Of a DNA stretch of 64,000 bases, positions 40,690-53,802 are shown piece after piece (position 1 is the first letter of the stretch; the number at the start of each line of letters is the position of its first letter). Source of the DNA: Lophium mytilinum (taxonomy: Eukaryota); NCBI GenBank assembly GCA_010093605.1, contig MU004202.1, positions 507,560 through 571,559 on the forward strand, written 5' to 3'. Below the pieces are notes generated by a model. The model was not told the DNA's origin. It did not search any database and saw only the letters and a list, made by a program, of their open reading frames with translations. Both the position numbers and the translations under genes were made by a program.

Positions 40690-41448
40690 TGGCGACGTCG
40701 ACACCATTGATTGAAAAACTTTCTAAAGACGGACGGCAGAGTCATCGGTTTATACTCTTGCAGGGCAAATGTTGCATGTCATCGCCCAGGTTTTCTAGTC
40801 GTACGTTCCGGACGTTTGCAAGAGAAGCCATGCGATCAGATGGACGGCAAAGAAGCAGGTCTGATGATACATCATGACCGAAAGCAGTGACACGTAGATC
40901 CTCGAGATTCGGCAAGAGGCTAAGGAGCATGGCCCCTCGTGCAATACCTCGTGCCTCAACCTGTGGACAATCAGCTTCTAATTTTGCTATGAGAGAGCTG
41001 TATAGCATTTTGCCTGACGTTGTATTGATCCTTGTGCGCGAGGATCTGAGCTTCTGTTTGGTATACATAGAGGAGAGTGATCCGCAGTTAAACACAGGGA
41101 TTGTATTTTACATAGGAGGCGAGCAAACTCCTTCGACAAGAACAATTTTTCAAGCCGGTTCTTGGTAGAAAGCTTGCCACTAGTTGACTCGCGATTATCG
41201 TGCGATCCGAATTGTAAGTCAACATGTTTTACATGATGTGCCAAGGGCGGGTTGTTGATAATTTATCGAAGGAATAGCAACAACCTCTCTTGGCTGGTCT
41301 GACCCGAAAAGCACGAGTAAAGAAATGGCGTAGCGAGTGCCCAGAATCTGCGCGAAGAGATGGCAAGGTTTCTTAGAGTTGAAAAGTCGTCTATGGAAGA
41401 GAAAACTTCGACAAGAAGTACAATTGGCAGTTGTTTTGGGTACAGCAT
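40690..41448 (-). pseudogene. F-box-like/LRR-like gene pseudogene
   Basis: QLPIVLLVEVFSSI..TLRNLAISSRRFWALATPFLY...LLLFLR*IINNPPLAHHVKHVDL (stop at 41263-41265); a frameshift leads to LLSLLPNLEDLRV...LANVRNVRL; further stops follow. Confidence 0.7.
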
Positions 41449-42115
41449 CGTGGCAATGGTTCGTGGTAACTAGGGCAGCAGGGAAGTAGCGCCTAAATCA
41501 CTTGAGATCCCGACAAAAGAATGTCGCAGACGCTGCACACGACTGATGGTGTTTAGATTTGGATGTTCTCGCTGGAAGCAAGAGAAAGGCCCTCCCCAGC
41601 GTATTGACAGATCGAAAGAGCAGGGAAAGGCAATGCAATCGATCACTGGGCGTCCCAGAACCGCAAGATCGACGAAAAAGGCAAGTCGGGGGACTAATGG
41701 CGGCATCGTGAGAATGGGATGGATAGCTGAGTTCGGTCGAGTTAAGGTTCGTATCAAGTTGATGAGAATATTATGCAGCACGTGATGTGATAATCAACAA
41801 TTTCACAATGTACCATATATAGTTCCTGCGAGCGATCAACGTCCTTATGAATGGAATGAAAGCTGAGAATTATGATGACAGGTTGTGGCGAGGCTCGTCT
41901 TCTATTGGCACTCTGTCCCATAGCACGTGCTCTATCCGTGGGGGCTCTTCGCCTTGTGTAACACTCTAGCCGCATTAAATGTACCTTTGTATCACAACCG
42001 CGCCGCGTCCACTGGAATTCATCCCTTCTCTCCATGCCAATGTCAATCAATCCGATGAAATGCCAATGGCATACAGCACCAGACTGATCGCCTCGTCCGC
42101 TCGTTTGACGCGCAG

Positions 42116-43144
42116 GATCCGTCTCAGCGACCGCGAGTCCCATATTCAACCAAGATGCCAATCAAGGAACCAATTCCATCAAGGCAACAATCTCAAGCAC
42201 GGAAATTGAAAGGCGTATTAGCGAACGCAACCGCGACCTGCGGGCCCTTGAAGTACTTACAGAGGAGGGCTTCGCGCTCAGGCAGACGGTAGAGACATTG
42301 ATACATAAGGTAGGCGTCCTGGAACAAGCTAGAAACGAGATGCGCCGCGACCGAAGCGCCTTGAAACATGCGCAAGCAGAACCCGCAAAACAAGTCGAGC
42401 AGGTGAACACAGTCGAGTCAGTCCTTTCTCGGCATCGCCTCTGTCTGTCGTCTAACGTATGCCAGGCCTAGCCACGAACCCGTTCAAAATGCCTCCGATA
42501 GTACGACTAAGCTGTTCAAGAATATCATCTCGCGCCCCGACCTTGAAAAGTCTATAGCTGATCGTTTGCCTCACATCCACGATATCGGCCTTGCCCTAGA
42601 AGAACGACTAGAGTGGAAGCATGGAGATAAGGTTGAAATTGAAGATAGGCTATGGGTTGCAAGCACCATCAGAACGGGTTTGCATTTCGATGCAACTCTG
42701 CCCAAACCGATCTTGGGTGACACTGAGAAGTTGGCGCTCGGGAAGCTTGTAGAGCGTTTGTTCAGGAAGGCGGCGGAAAGCGGTGTGGCGGAGCTGAGAG
42801 TGAAGCAGAGGGAGGTCAGCAACACCACGAAGAAAATGAACGAACTCGCGGCGGAGCTCAAAGCGAAGCAGAGGGAGACTGGCAACACTTCCGCGGAAAT
42901 AAACGAATTCAGGGAAAGTGAGGCGAGTCATGACCCTTCGATGAATTCTCTTGGTATGTGGCTCCTCTTGATCGCTGGGTTGGTATGGTTAGTTAGGAAG
43001 GCGTCCGAAAACTCTCCAGATACACCCGAAGCCAGTCGCTCTGCTCTCCTAAAGTTCCGAGGCTCATCAGCACCTACCCTTGATGAACCAGGCCGCGCCA
43101 ATACTGCCAATCGCGACTGGCTTAGGCCCTTCAATCAGGACTAG
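42116..43144 (+). CDS. Hypothetical coiled-coil protein with one transmembrane segment (start not located; 3' end abuts a transposon)
   Basis: Exon EIERRISERNRDLRALEVL...EQARNEM; intron 42417-42465 (branch ctaac) joins in frame to ORF 42566-43144; hydrophobic LGMWLLLIAGLVWLV. Confidence 0.55.
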
Positions 43145-43149
43145 GGGTA

Positions 43150-45570
43150 ACGTAAGTGATGGGGTTATTACGGTGGAGGTAGTTATTACGGTTTTTAGCG
43201 CCGGAGTGCGGAGCGATGCTTCCGTGCCTAGATTTTATATGAATGTAGCATTTTACACTACAACACTGCCGCCCTCTCTAAACAATTTAAAACTAACCAC
43301 CACCATGCCCTGCTAGCCTATTGCTTCTAGCTATAAGGAGCGCATACTCTAGGCTATTACTATATAGAATAGAAAGCTCTATAGATTATATAAAGATTAT
43401 ATAAAAGCTTATAATATTAATTCTAATATATTTAGAAATTACCTCTTTAGAAAAACTAAGCCTTATAGTATTATATATATAAATTAATACTATATTACTC
43501 TAGTAGAAGAGGCCTTAATTATTTAATATTATATTTATCTAGTAGAAGCTAGATTTTCTTATAAGTACTATATTATCTATATTATAGCTACTATAGTACT
43601 ATATTAAAAGAGTAGTCTACTTTTTCTATATACTTATTAAGATTCTTTTAGAAAGTAATAGATTTATTAGTTTCTTAAGTATAATACTAAGCTCTTAGTA
43701 TACTATATCTAGTCTCTTAAGCTTAAGCGCGCGTTAGCTAATAATAATTCTTAGCGGGTGCAGTACTTTTTTAATAATTTTAGTAAGATAAAAGCTACCT
43801 ATAAAGTACTAGATAAGAATATCTAGAATATAGATAAAACTAGCTTCTAAATAAGCGCCGCCTATAGTGCTAGAGTTATTATCTATTAAAACTTCTATTA
43901 TAATAAGTTTAAGATTATTAATAGCTTAAAATAATAGGTTACTTAAATTAACTCTATATATACTAATAGCTATATAATACTTTTTTTTATAGTATTCTAA
44001 AGTAAGTAATATACTTAGGTAATATAGAATAAGGCTTAAGAGGCGCTTAGTAAGTATATAATTACGCTAATAGAGAATAGCTAGAGTAATTAAAAGGTTA
44101 GCCTTAAGTAGCTTAAGTACTTTAAGAGGTATTTAAAATAGTCTATTTTATAGCTAAATAGGGCCTCTAAAGTACCTACTTAAGTAGAGAAGCTCTCTAG
44201 CTTCTATATACTTATTATAGATAGCTATAGCTTATATATTAATATTAATTTTATTATATTCTATTAGTAGTATAAGATTATTTCTATCTATTTACTAGCG
44301 TACTCTATACACCTTATATAGCCTCTAGATCTTATTATCTTTTTAAAGCTAAAGCGGCTATACTTAGAGAAAGTAGATAAGTATTTTAGGCTAGATATTA
44401 TACATTTAAATAAAGAGTATTTCCTTAAGATTCTTAGAAAGATATAGCTAAGAGTCTATATACCTAATCTAATAAAGAAGTTATTTAAAGCTACTAGTAT
44501 TTTACCTTATAATCTATAATAGGTAATTACTTACTATAGAGCTATAACTTAGCTAAGTATACCTTTTTCTACTATAGAAATTAATATCCTTTTATTACCT
44601 CTATATTTTTATACTTCTATAACTTACTATAATTAAGATAGAACTATATTTATACTTATTTAAGACTCTAAAACTTCTAAGTAGGCTAAAGTAGTATATA
44701 AGAAGATCTTTAGCTATCTATAGTTATTAGAAGATAAGGTTATACTTCTATATAATAAGAATATAGATCTATAGCTATATATAAGTAAGAGAAAGATAAG
44801 AAAGTTAAAAAAATAGGTAATAATCTTAAAGGAGTTAGTTCTTATACTAGAGATAATATAGGCTCTTAAGGCTATAAAAGATATAATAGAGAATACTAAG
44901 GCTACTATAAAAAAGGCTAAGAAGACTACTAAAACTATCTATACGCTTTTAAAGAAGAAGAAGGCTATTTAACTATAGAAAAGAAAAACTACCTATACTA
45001 TTATAAAGAATATATAGCTATTATATAATAATACTAAGTATATAGTAGATAAGGTAGAAAAGGCCGCTAGATAGGCTAAATATATACTTAATAGCGCTAA
45101 GGCTATTATAAAGAATAAATAGACTCTTAAGGCTATATAGGCGGCGTAGTAGATAAAGAAAACTAATAGTTCTATCTAGAGAATTCTTTAGAAGAAGAAT
45201 AATATATTTAAGGCGGCTAAGCAGGCGCTAGATAAGGCTATTTAGAACCTTAAGACGCTAGAGGTAGCTACGCGGGTACTTAAGAATGTAAAAAGGGTAG
45301 TAAAGAAAGTTAATAGTAATAAGAATAAGAATAAGAATAAGAGTAGAGAGAGTAGTAATAAGGCTATAGAGAAATAAACTTAATACTAAAGAAATAGCCT
45401 ATATTATAGAGCTTATAGAAGAATTAAGCTTTAAAAGTTATCTATACGCAATGTAATTATAGTGTATAATGCTACTGCTATATAAAATCTAGGCATGGAA
45501 GCATCGCTCCGCACTCCGGCGCTAAAAACTGTAATAACTACCTCCACCGTAATAACCCCATCACTTACGT
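43150..45570 (+). mobile_element. RIP-inactivated Fot1/pogo-type (Tc1/mariner superfamily) DNA transposon, 2421 bp
   Basis: TA TSD (43148-43149 and 45571-45572); TIRs of ~90-110 bp starting ACGTAAGTGATGGGG with two internal GTTATTACGGT repeats; transposase ATG 43305; RIP-reverted motifs NIWNMDETGFQMG ~43818, LIMDGHGSH ~44211, PLD ~44322. Confidence 0.95.
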
Positions 45571-47469
45571 TACTGCTGGTCCTGGATATTGCCGGTCTCC
45601 GCGAATTAGTTTTAGAAGTAAAGTCGTCATGAGCTCGCGAGCTGGCTTTGACGTAATTGTATGTTGCGACCTTTATTATTGCTCAACTTGATTACATTCA
45701 AAGTTTTTTACTCGTTTTACTACTCTAAGGCACCATCACCTTCGGGCGCCCACATCGCGTCAAATTTCGGTGTCTGTGGAGGACATCTTGAAAGTCAAGA
45801 AAGTCAAGGGGGTTAGGTTTAGCGCTCTTCGACTTCGTATCATAGTATGTTGACATGTAAGTAAAATGGGTGTGGTTCCCATACATGCATGTTCCGTTCC
45901 AATCCCAATTCGGGAATTCACCATCTCATCATGCAGAACGCCAACATTTACAGTGGTGGTTACGATGATGCAATGATGTTGAAGGTCACGAAGCTGAAAT
46001 TGATCGAGCGAAGGTCGAAGGTAGCGGTCACTATCATACAGTTGATGAAAAGCTTGACATGACAGATTCCATTGAAGCCAGTCTGTGATAACCATCAGTA
46101 TGTATCCGCTCTATAATATAAAACAAGGAGGAACGACAACAAGAGAAGATGAAACATAGAGCAAATTTCTTCTTCAAGTTCCCACAACATGGTGGGAAGC
46201 TCAATGAAAAAAGAGGGGACCCAGCGAGCATGAAAGCCCGAGGCACTGAGACAGCGTTAACCAGCAATCAACAACCCACGATCGGAACACTTCCACTACC
46301 ACCTCGGAGCATCTTTATGAAAGCGGACGCCATTGGAACTTAAAAAAGTTTGTGTTTTGTTCCAGGCTCCTTTCTCTCGACAGTTGCTAGCAGAACAGAC
46401 GACACTGCTCTGGGTGTGAGGCTCCTGGACGCTGTACAGCCGGTGAAGGTCCAAGGCACCAAGGTCCGCGGCTTCATGGTTCGTGGCATTGGCGAACCCG
46501 GTGCGGACACTCCAAGAAACTTTTCCCACGAGATTCATGCCGGTGGTTGTACAACGTCCACTGCTCCAGCTCGTTCATCTACTTGATTGAATGAGCGCAG
46601 TACCCTCGGAGTGCGAAGCCAGAGATCCCCTGCTGAAGGGAGAGGGGTTGCGCGATGGAACATGGGGGATAGACCGAGGGGTGAACTGTCCAGCGGGTGC
46701 TCTACCGCCCCATGCCCATTAGTAGTGGTGCATGACGTCGTGCCTCGAGCCTGGAGGCGCATGCATATGGCCGAAGCCCATGTCCGATGGTGAGCTGTAC
46801 GTTGTTGCCGTGTCTTGTTTGAAGCTGACAGGCGGAGAAGCTCGTAAAATATTTAGGTGTTGCGACCATGGGTGATGTGCAGGCACCGGGCATCTATCAG
46901 GACAGCGTTGGCTCGCGGTGTCGTGTTGCGCATGGAAAAAGAGAAGGTGGTTCTGCGGGAGGGCGAGCTTGAATACCCTGGCGGAAGATCAAAAAAGCTG
47001 AGTCAGCAGCCACGTGGCGGGCATTTGAGGTGAAGCGGTAGATGCTTGTCACGTGATAACAATCCACATCTATGACGCTGCTTCGATCGTTTGCGCTAGA
47101 GATTAACAGCGTAAAGGCAGGCACAAGAAGGTGGCTTGGAGGCGATGAAGAACATCTAGACCGCTTGCTTACTAGCGTATCGTTTCTATCATTCCAACAC
47201 GTATCGATGAAGGTGGCGAGCTACAGTACTAAGCCATGTGTCTGGACACACAGATCTATCACTACTTGGCTTCAATATTGCTCGCTTGACACTACTGTAG
47301 GGGGTAGCCTGGCTGGTAAGGAGCTAATTAGTCAAGAGGCAGTCTAATATGCATTGCTTGATACTCAACATCGCCTTTGGATATTTGAAGTACAAAGGGG
47401 TTGCCCCCAGCAGTGGTGAAACGGTGTGCCCAGACTGATGGCCTGTCACTGTATCAACATCTCGCGCTG

Positions 47470-49476
47470 CTACTTCGCTTTCTCAAGCCAATCCAGAATC
47501 CTCAAAGCCGCTATGCGGGGCACTCCCTTATATCTCTCAACGTCATACGTCTCATCAATAGCCTGTGCCAGCCGCTGGGCCTTCGCGACGGCAATTCTTT
47601 TCGCCTTGGCCCAGTGTTCCCTCTCAATAAACGCATCTGCCTCACCTTCTAGCTCCCGCCGCTTAGTCCGCACGCTGGGATCATCGGCCTTTTCCGCAAC
47701 GCAGAGAGCACAGTCACACTCGAAGCCCCAGGTAGTCATCAAGTTCGACTGCCTTGCATCGTAGTCGCTCGACCAATCGTAGCTAATGAAGATTTCTTCG
47801 CCGGCCTCGATGGGTCGAGTGGCGCGGAGCACCATCAGATCGCCGATAAACTCTTTCTCCGCATTGGCGGCGATACAGGAGTGATTGGCGTAGGCGGTCC
47901 AGATCCAGATGCCCGTGCTCGCGTTGCTGGCATCATCTTCACCGTATTGGCTGCCTAAGCCGAAACCGTTGCGGGAGACGATATCGTGGACTCGTAAGGT
48001 GTCGACAACTGGGCCATCTTCAGTCATGGACACATTCTTGCCGTCGCCTTGGTACTCTCCGCGGAGATCCATGAACTTGTCGATCTGGGAAGGATTGCTG
48101 AGAAGCTTCTGTACGGCCGCCACGCCTAGGCCAACGGGGGACACTCTGATCCGCTCGTCTCGTACGTCGTATGTCATGGCCGTCAACGCGTCGCTTTCAT
48201 GACCATAGACCACACAGAACGCTTTCTCGCCCATGATGATTCCCCCGGCAGCTATTTGGCGAGCTGCGAATAGGCCACGCCCTCGTCCTGGACTGTCTTT
48301 CACGGTAGTGTTGCTGGTGAAAGTTGCTACGTCGACCCGCGGATGAGTTCGAGACAGGTTGGCCCTGAGTTTTGTGAAATTGTATGATCCGTCCTCTTGC
48401 TCGCGCAGGCGCAATTTGATTAATCGGAGATAGGTATTTGAGTCTCTGTCGCTAGGTGTGAGCTTCTGCAGCTCCTGAAAGAAGTTCTTCGCTTCCTGAT
48501 ATTCGCCGAGACTGTATGCAGCGCAACCAGCTCGAAAATAGGCCTTGGTGTCGAGCTCCTTGGATCGCTGGTCTTCCCTACCGGTGAGCGAGGCTATTGC
48601 ATCAGTCTTTGCTTCGTCTAGCTGACTCAGAGCGAGGTTGACATGAGCGCGGTTGCGAGAAATGTCCCGAGCTAGATCGGGATTGGCGGTAGATACAGCT
48701 TCCTGTCTGGCAACTTTCAGACCTTCCGTGTATTTCGCGTGAGCGAGCGGTAGATCCTTTAGTTTTAGAGCAGCATTGCCGTTGTCTTTGCACGATTTCG
48801 CAGTGGTCTCTGCTGCTGCTGCTGCGTCCTCAGCTTCTCTATTCGTTCCTTCGACCGAAAGTAGACTGCTGTTATCCACCTCATCTCTGCAGATGATCAG
48901 ATCTGAAGGATGGTCAATTCGAAGGGTAGCTTCGCCTTGATTTGTGAAAGTAAAGTACGGCTCCTTGATGATATAAACAGATGCGGACTCTAGTACATCT
49001 TCGCCGTGTCTTGACTTGTGCAGACAAATCTCTAAGCGCTCTGTCTCGTCGCCCGCTTCGTTCTGAACCATGGTCCATGACCTCGCCGCATGCGTGACCA
49101 CCGGGCAACGCCTCGCACATTTGACAGTAAGCCTCCGACCGCGATGATGAGTCTCCATTTTGAGGTCGGCCAGTTTCATAGGCTTCAAATCCCGGAGCGG
49201 GACGATGCACGGCGGATAGGGCTGCCCTACACCAATTGCTGGCAACGACCGTCCTCGACCCACGGGCTGAGTCAGGTCAGGATCTGTTGAGCCTCCCATA
49301 TCTGCCATGAGAGACATGCCGGTAGCTTGTTGGATGGCCGCTTTCGAATCCCTTGGCTCTCGTGCATTTCCAACCGATTCGGAGCATTTCTTCAACTTCG
49401 CTTCAATCGTCTTCCGGATGCGATCCGCCTCTTTCTCCGTCAAAAATATCGTGTTTCCATCATTTTGAGGTGCCAT
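47470..49476 (-). CDS. TPR + SET domain protein (SMYD-like lysine methyltransferase)
   Basis: TPR-like KDNGNAALK...A...YTEGL, NRAHVNLAL, KAYFRAG.A.Y.LGEY.EA; SET motifs GRGRGLFA, ANHSC, ATRPIEAGEEIFISY; post-SET WGFECDCALC. Confidence 0.9.
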   Translation of the reverse strand: MAPQNDGNTIFLTEKEADRIRKTIEAKLKKCSESVGNAREPRDSKAAIQQATGMSLMADMGGSTDPDLTQPVGRGRSLPAIGVGQPYPPCIVPLRDLKPMKLADLKMETHHRGRRLTVKCARRCPVVTHAARSWTMVQNEAGDETERLEICLHKSRHGEDVLESASVYIIKEPYFTFTNQGEATLRIDHPSDLIICRDEVDNSSLLSVEGTNREAEDAAAAAETTAKSCKDNGNAALKLKDLPLAHAKYTEGLKVARQEAVSTANPDLARDISRNRAHVNLALSQLDEAKTDAIASLTGREDQRSKELDTKAYFRAGCAAYSLGEYQEAKNFFQELQKLTPSDRDSNTYLRLIKLRLREQEDGSYNFTKLRANLSRTHPRVDVATFTSNTTVKDSPGRGRGLFAARQIAAGGIIMGEKAFCVVYGHESDALTAMTYDVRDERIRVSPVGLGVAAVQKLLSNPSQIDKFMDLRGEYQGDGKNVSMTEDGPVVDTLRVHDIVSRNGFGLGSQYGEDDASNASTGIWIWTAYANHSCIAANAEKEFIGDLMVLRATRPIEAGEEIFISYDWSSDYDARQSNLMTTWGFECDCALCVAEKADDPSVRTKRRELEGEADAFIEREHWAKAKRIAVAKAQRLAQAIDETYDVERYKGVPRIAALRILDWLEKAK

Positions 49477-50079
49477 AATAGTCCAAGGCACGCGCACAAG
49501 CTAGTAATAATGCAATACACCTCGGGAGTTCGTGGTATGTGAACAGGATGGTTGAGTCGAAGTAAAGAAAAAAAGACGAAGGTGCCAAGACCTCGCCAAC
49601 CTAAAATCAGAAACGTCACTCTGATCCATTCCCAAATCCTTCGGTACAATGTTATCAATTTCGGAGACTTGCTCAAGGTGATTTGACAACAATAAACCCG
49701 CGGGCGAGTGCAATAGCGCCCACAGAGTGGTAATAAACAAGACATAATATAGGTAAGTGTGAGCAGAGGAGGTTTCAGTGTCGGTCCCGTGACGTTTGAG
49801 TTGACTACCTAAATAGACATGATCTATCTACTCAGGGGCTAAGCTACATAGTTGCTAAGTCTGAGAGCTAAAGAGTATTTCAGGCCGAATTCCAGCCATA
49901 TGATATGAAGATTTAGGATCTGGTCGTGCACGTGACCTTGCCCGGAGTTACCCGGGTACACTGGTCGTACGAACAACCTTGGAACACCTTTACGACCTCT
50001 TCCCGGAAATCAGATCTCCCCGACCCTCTTGTTCCATGTTCTTGACCGACCTTGTACCAGCGGCCACTGTCTTGACCCT

Positions 50080-52219
50080 TCATCCCGTCTCCGACGCCTT
50101 CTTATCCTTCCTAGTATCAACCCATCCCATCCCCATCGCACAGAGCATGCCGCCAAGGCAGATAGCAGCGGCCATGTAGAAGACCTTATCGATACTGTTT
50201 GCGAAGGCCTGCAACACACCATCCAGCTCCGGGCTTCCCTTTGGAACAAGCGCACGCACAGCACTGGGGCTCGCTCCGGCGTGGAAAGCAGCCTCGGGTG
50301 AGACTGAAGGGGCGTGCGCCCTCAATTCCGACGCCAAGCTTCGCGTGAAGATGGCATTGCCGACCTGGATGAAGATGGCGCCAGCGAGGTTTTGGCAGAA
50401 GATGACGAAGGCAATGCCGACGGGTATTTTCTGCGGGGGCAGCGCGTTCTGGACCGCGATAATGCCCTGTGGCCAGAGGTTAGATTCAGCAGAGCTGAAG
50501 ATATGGGTTCGTGAAGCACTTACTGTCTGCAACGCCAGGCCTCGGCCGAATCCTAAGATGATCTGGTAGCCTATCCACATGCCCGTCTTAGTCGTAGGTG
50601 AAAATGTAGACATAAGGCCGTTTCCAATTGCACTGACTGCAAGCCCGACTGCTGCGAACGGGAGATAGTACCCGACTCTCGGAATGAGGAACCCACTCAA
50701 GAGTATCGCCGTCATCTGGCTGAGATGAACTGGCAGAGTATTTACTCCGCTCATTGCTGGCTTATATCCGAGGACGCTCTGGAAATAGATCGGTATGTAC
50801 TGGCCGTCCACGAAGATGGTTACTATCAGCGCCGCCCCGTTCAGCGCGCTGCACCAGACAATGCATTGCTTGGCGAGCGAAAAGGGAATCATAGCTCGAT
50901 CTCCCATATGCTTTTCCCACCATAGAAACGCAATCGCAGTTGCTCCAGCGCCACAGAACAAGCCGACGACCACAGAGCTGCTCCATCCGTACGAGGTCCC
51001 GCCGAGCTGGAGCGCCAATAGGAACATGATCGCGGCGGGTGCAAAGAGGGCGAATCCCAGGAGATCGAGCTCGGGGAGCGTCTCACGCACTAGAGAGGGT
51101 GTGAAGCGTTCCTTGGCGGTCAGTTCGGGTACATCTACGAGGGTGAGGAAGACGGCAGCTACGGCGCCGATGGGGAGGTTGATGTAGAAGCCTACGATGC
51201 ATCAGCGTTAGGGTGTCCGACATTCATTGAGAGGAGTACGTACACCATCGCCACGATGCGTACTCTGTGAGAGCGCCACCTATCAGTGGTCCACACAAGG
51301 TGCCAATCTCGAGGACTGTAACACCCGTTAGCACGAGAGTTTCGGCCCACGAGCAGGATTTGGAGACGTATACCTCCAAAGTAGATCCCGGTGTACACTG
51401 CACCTTCGCATTAGCAACCAAGGCAAGTCATCTAAGCTACCATCTGGACTCACGAGGTCGTTTTCTCAACGGTACAACGCCAGCAATGATCGTGATAGCT
51501 CCGGTCAAGAGCCCCGACGCGCCCAGACCAGCAATCGCCCTTCCGCCGATAAGCATGGACGAGGAAATTGCTAGTCCACATACCAAGCATCCCAGCTCGA
51601 AGATGGCGAAGAATACAAGATAGGTCCACTTGCGAGTGTCAGCGTCCTGTTGCTTCGCTCCGAATCAGAACTCGCGTACCTTATTGCTGTAAGATGTGAG
51701 CATCCTCCCGGTCAGAGGCTGCAGGGATGCACTACAGGGTGTAAGTTTTACGTTTATTCGCGTCGCTTTGTCGTTGTACAGCAGAAAGCACATGGATGTA
51801 CGCACCTAGCTAGCTCATACGCGGCCATGTACCACCCTATATCGGGAAGAGAGTGGAAGTGGGTCGTGATGCTCGGTATCGCCTAATATCATTAGTCTCT
51901 TTCCGCCTTCGAATGCCACTATTCAAAGCGGAGGCCAACTTACGGTCCCAATGATGGTGCGATCTAGGAACAACAGAAACCCCGACAACGTCACGCTTCC
52001 TAAGACAGCTAAGAGCTTAAGGCCGGTGATGTACTCATGGCTCTCCTCCTCCTTTTCCGACAGCTCGGTAGGGGCATCGTCTATTCCATTGCTTCCTAGG
52101 CCTTCAGCACGCTCCTCGACTTTAGCAGCAAGCTCAATCTTCTCCTCATCACCATGCTGCGCCTCCACGTCACCCTTCCTGGCGGTTGGCACCATGGAGC
52201 CTGGCAAGTCCACACCCAT
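50080..52219 (-). CDS. MFS drug/toxin efflux pump (DHA2, 14-TMS type), multi-exon
   Basis: [78 protein letters not shown]; seven GT-AG introns give a continuous frame. Confidence 0.92.
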
Positions 52220-52752
52220 TCTCTCGTTGCTAACCTCTTAAGCTGCTGGTGCAAGGTATCGAATTGGCAACGTATATAGTGAGGTTTAGCGGTGTCGCAG
52301 GAAATGAGGCTGGTGTAGAGATCGGAAGAGGCGTCTCTCGGCCGGAGAACTATCTAGGTAGGTAAGGTTAGGTGCGGCTTCTGTTTGTGCGGATATACAG
52401 CTTCTCATTACATCCGGGGGAAGGAAGCATCACGCGACCCGAGCTAACCGGAACGGGTGAGATAGCGCCGTTAGGGAGAATCCGCTATCGTACTGAAAGA
52501 CCTCACCGGCCACAGCCGTAAAGATCATAGGTGAGTAGAGAGCACTTACACATCGAGGTAAATTTCAGTAATTTAGCCTTGCCCAGTCAGCTTTAGTCTG
52601 GTACAGCGCCGCACATAACGAGACCCCCTAAAGGCCGGTTGGAAGTGTATATATCACCCTTGCCCAGAGTTACAATATTTAAATGGTTAAGTTTGAAGTT
52701 TCATCCTCTCATCTATAGCTCTACCATAGCCCCTCTTCTTTCAGTCTGCAAA

Positions 52753-53802
52753 ATGAACCCAGTCAACCAAACTCCTTACCAGCTTCCAGCTGACGCTACC
52801 TGGCTGAGTACGTGCACTTTAGATTTGAAGAAGACGAGAAACAACGGAGAGCAACTAACTATATCGTCGCACAATAGTCACCGGGTGCTCGAGCGGCATT
52901 GGTCGTGCCATTGCAGAGTTCATCGCCAGCAAGCCCAACCAGCGTCTCGTTGCTACCGCCAGGAACCCATCTAGCCTCGGATATCTCTCCGATAGCAACA
53001 CCAACATCCTGAAGCTCGCTCTAGACGTCGCTTCTCCTACCTCTGTCGAGAATGCCTTCAAAGCAGCAGCGGCTCACTTTGGAGCCAGCTTCCACATCGA
53101 TGTCGTCGTCAACAATGCCGGCTACTCGCTTGCAGGCGACACCGAAGCCGCAACAGAGGAAGAAACGCACAATGAGCTCGAGACTAACTTCTTCGGCACT
53201 GTGCGCGTCACTATGGCCGCTGTCAAGGTGATGCGCCAACACAAGGAGCACCGCGGCGGCGTTATTTACAACATCTCTTCGATCGCTGGTGTGTGCGCCT
53301 TCCCGGGACATGCGTTCTACCACGCCGGAAAGTTCGCCGTCGAGGGCTGGAGTGAGTCTGTCGCTCAGGAGATGCATCCGGATTGGAATAGTTAGTCGCG
53401 TTCCTGCTCGTTCGATCACGATGACGTGTTCTGAATAGTTTGTCTCCCCCAGTCAACTTCTGCATCGTCGAGCCCGGCGCCATCAAGACGAACTTCGAGT
53501 TCTCCAGCATGAAGCACACGAAACCGCATGAAGCCTATGCAGGCGAAGACATGCCAGCGCGAAAGATGGATGCCTTCGTCAAGGAGCATCTCCATGCAGG
53601 CGTTGGTGTCGAGCCCATTGCCGTCGCTCGGGTTCTGTACCATGTTGCGGATCGGGGCGAGAAAGTTCCGCTTCATTTGCCTCTTACCGCCACTGCGATC
53701 CAGCTGATTACGATGAAGCTCCAGGGACGACTCGAGGAACTGGAGACGGTGAAGGACTTGAGTGCTATAGATAAGGGGGAACCTCAGTTTAAGCTGCATT
53801 AG
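52753..53802 (+). CDS. Short-chain dehydrogenase/reductase (3 exons)
   Basis: WLITGCSSGIG (TGxxxGxG), DVVVNNAG, NISS, YHAGK (YxxxK), VEPGAIKT; introns 52808-52877 and 53391-53452. Confidence 0.93.

Noticed and set aside
45760..47350. Many short overlapping ORFs on both strands
   Set aside because: No motif recognised and no consistent gene model; at most a decayed gene.
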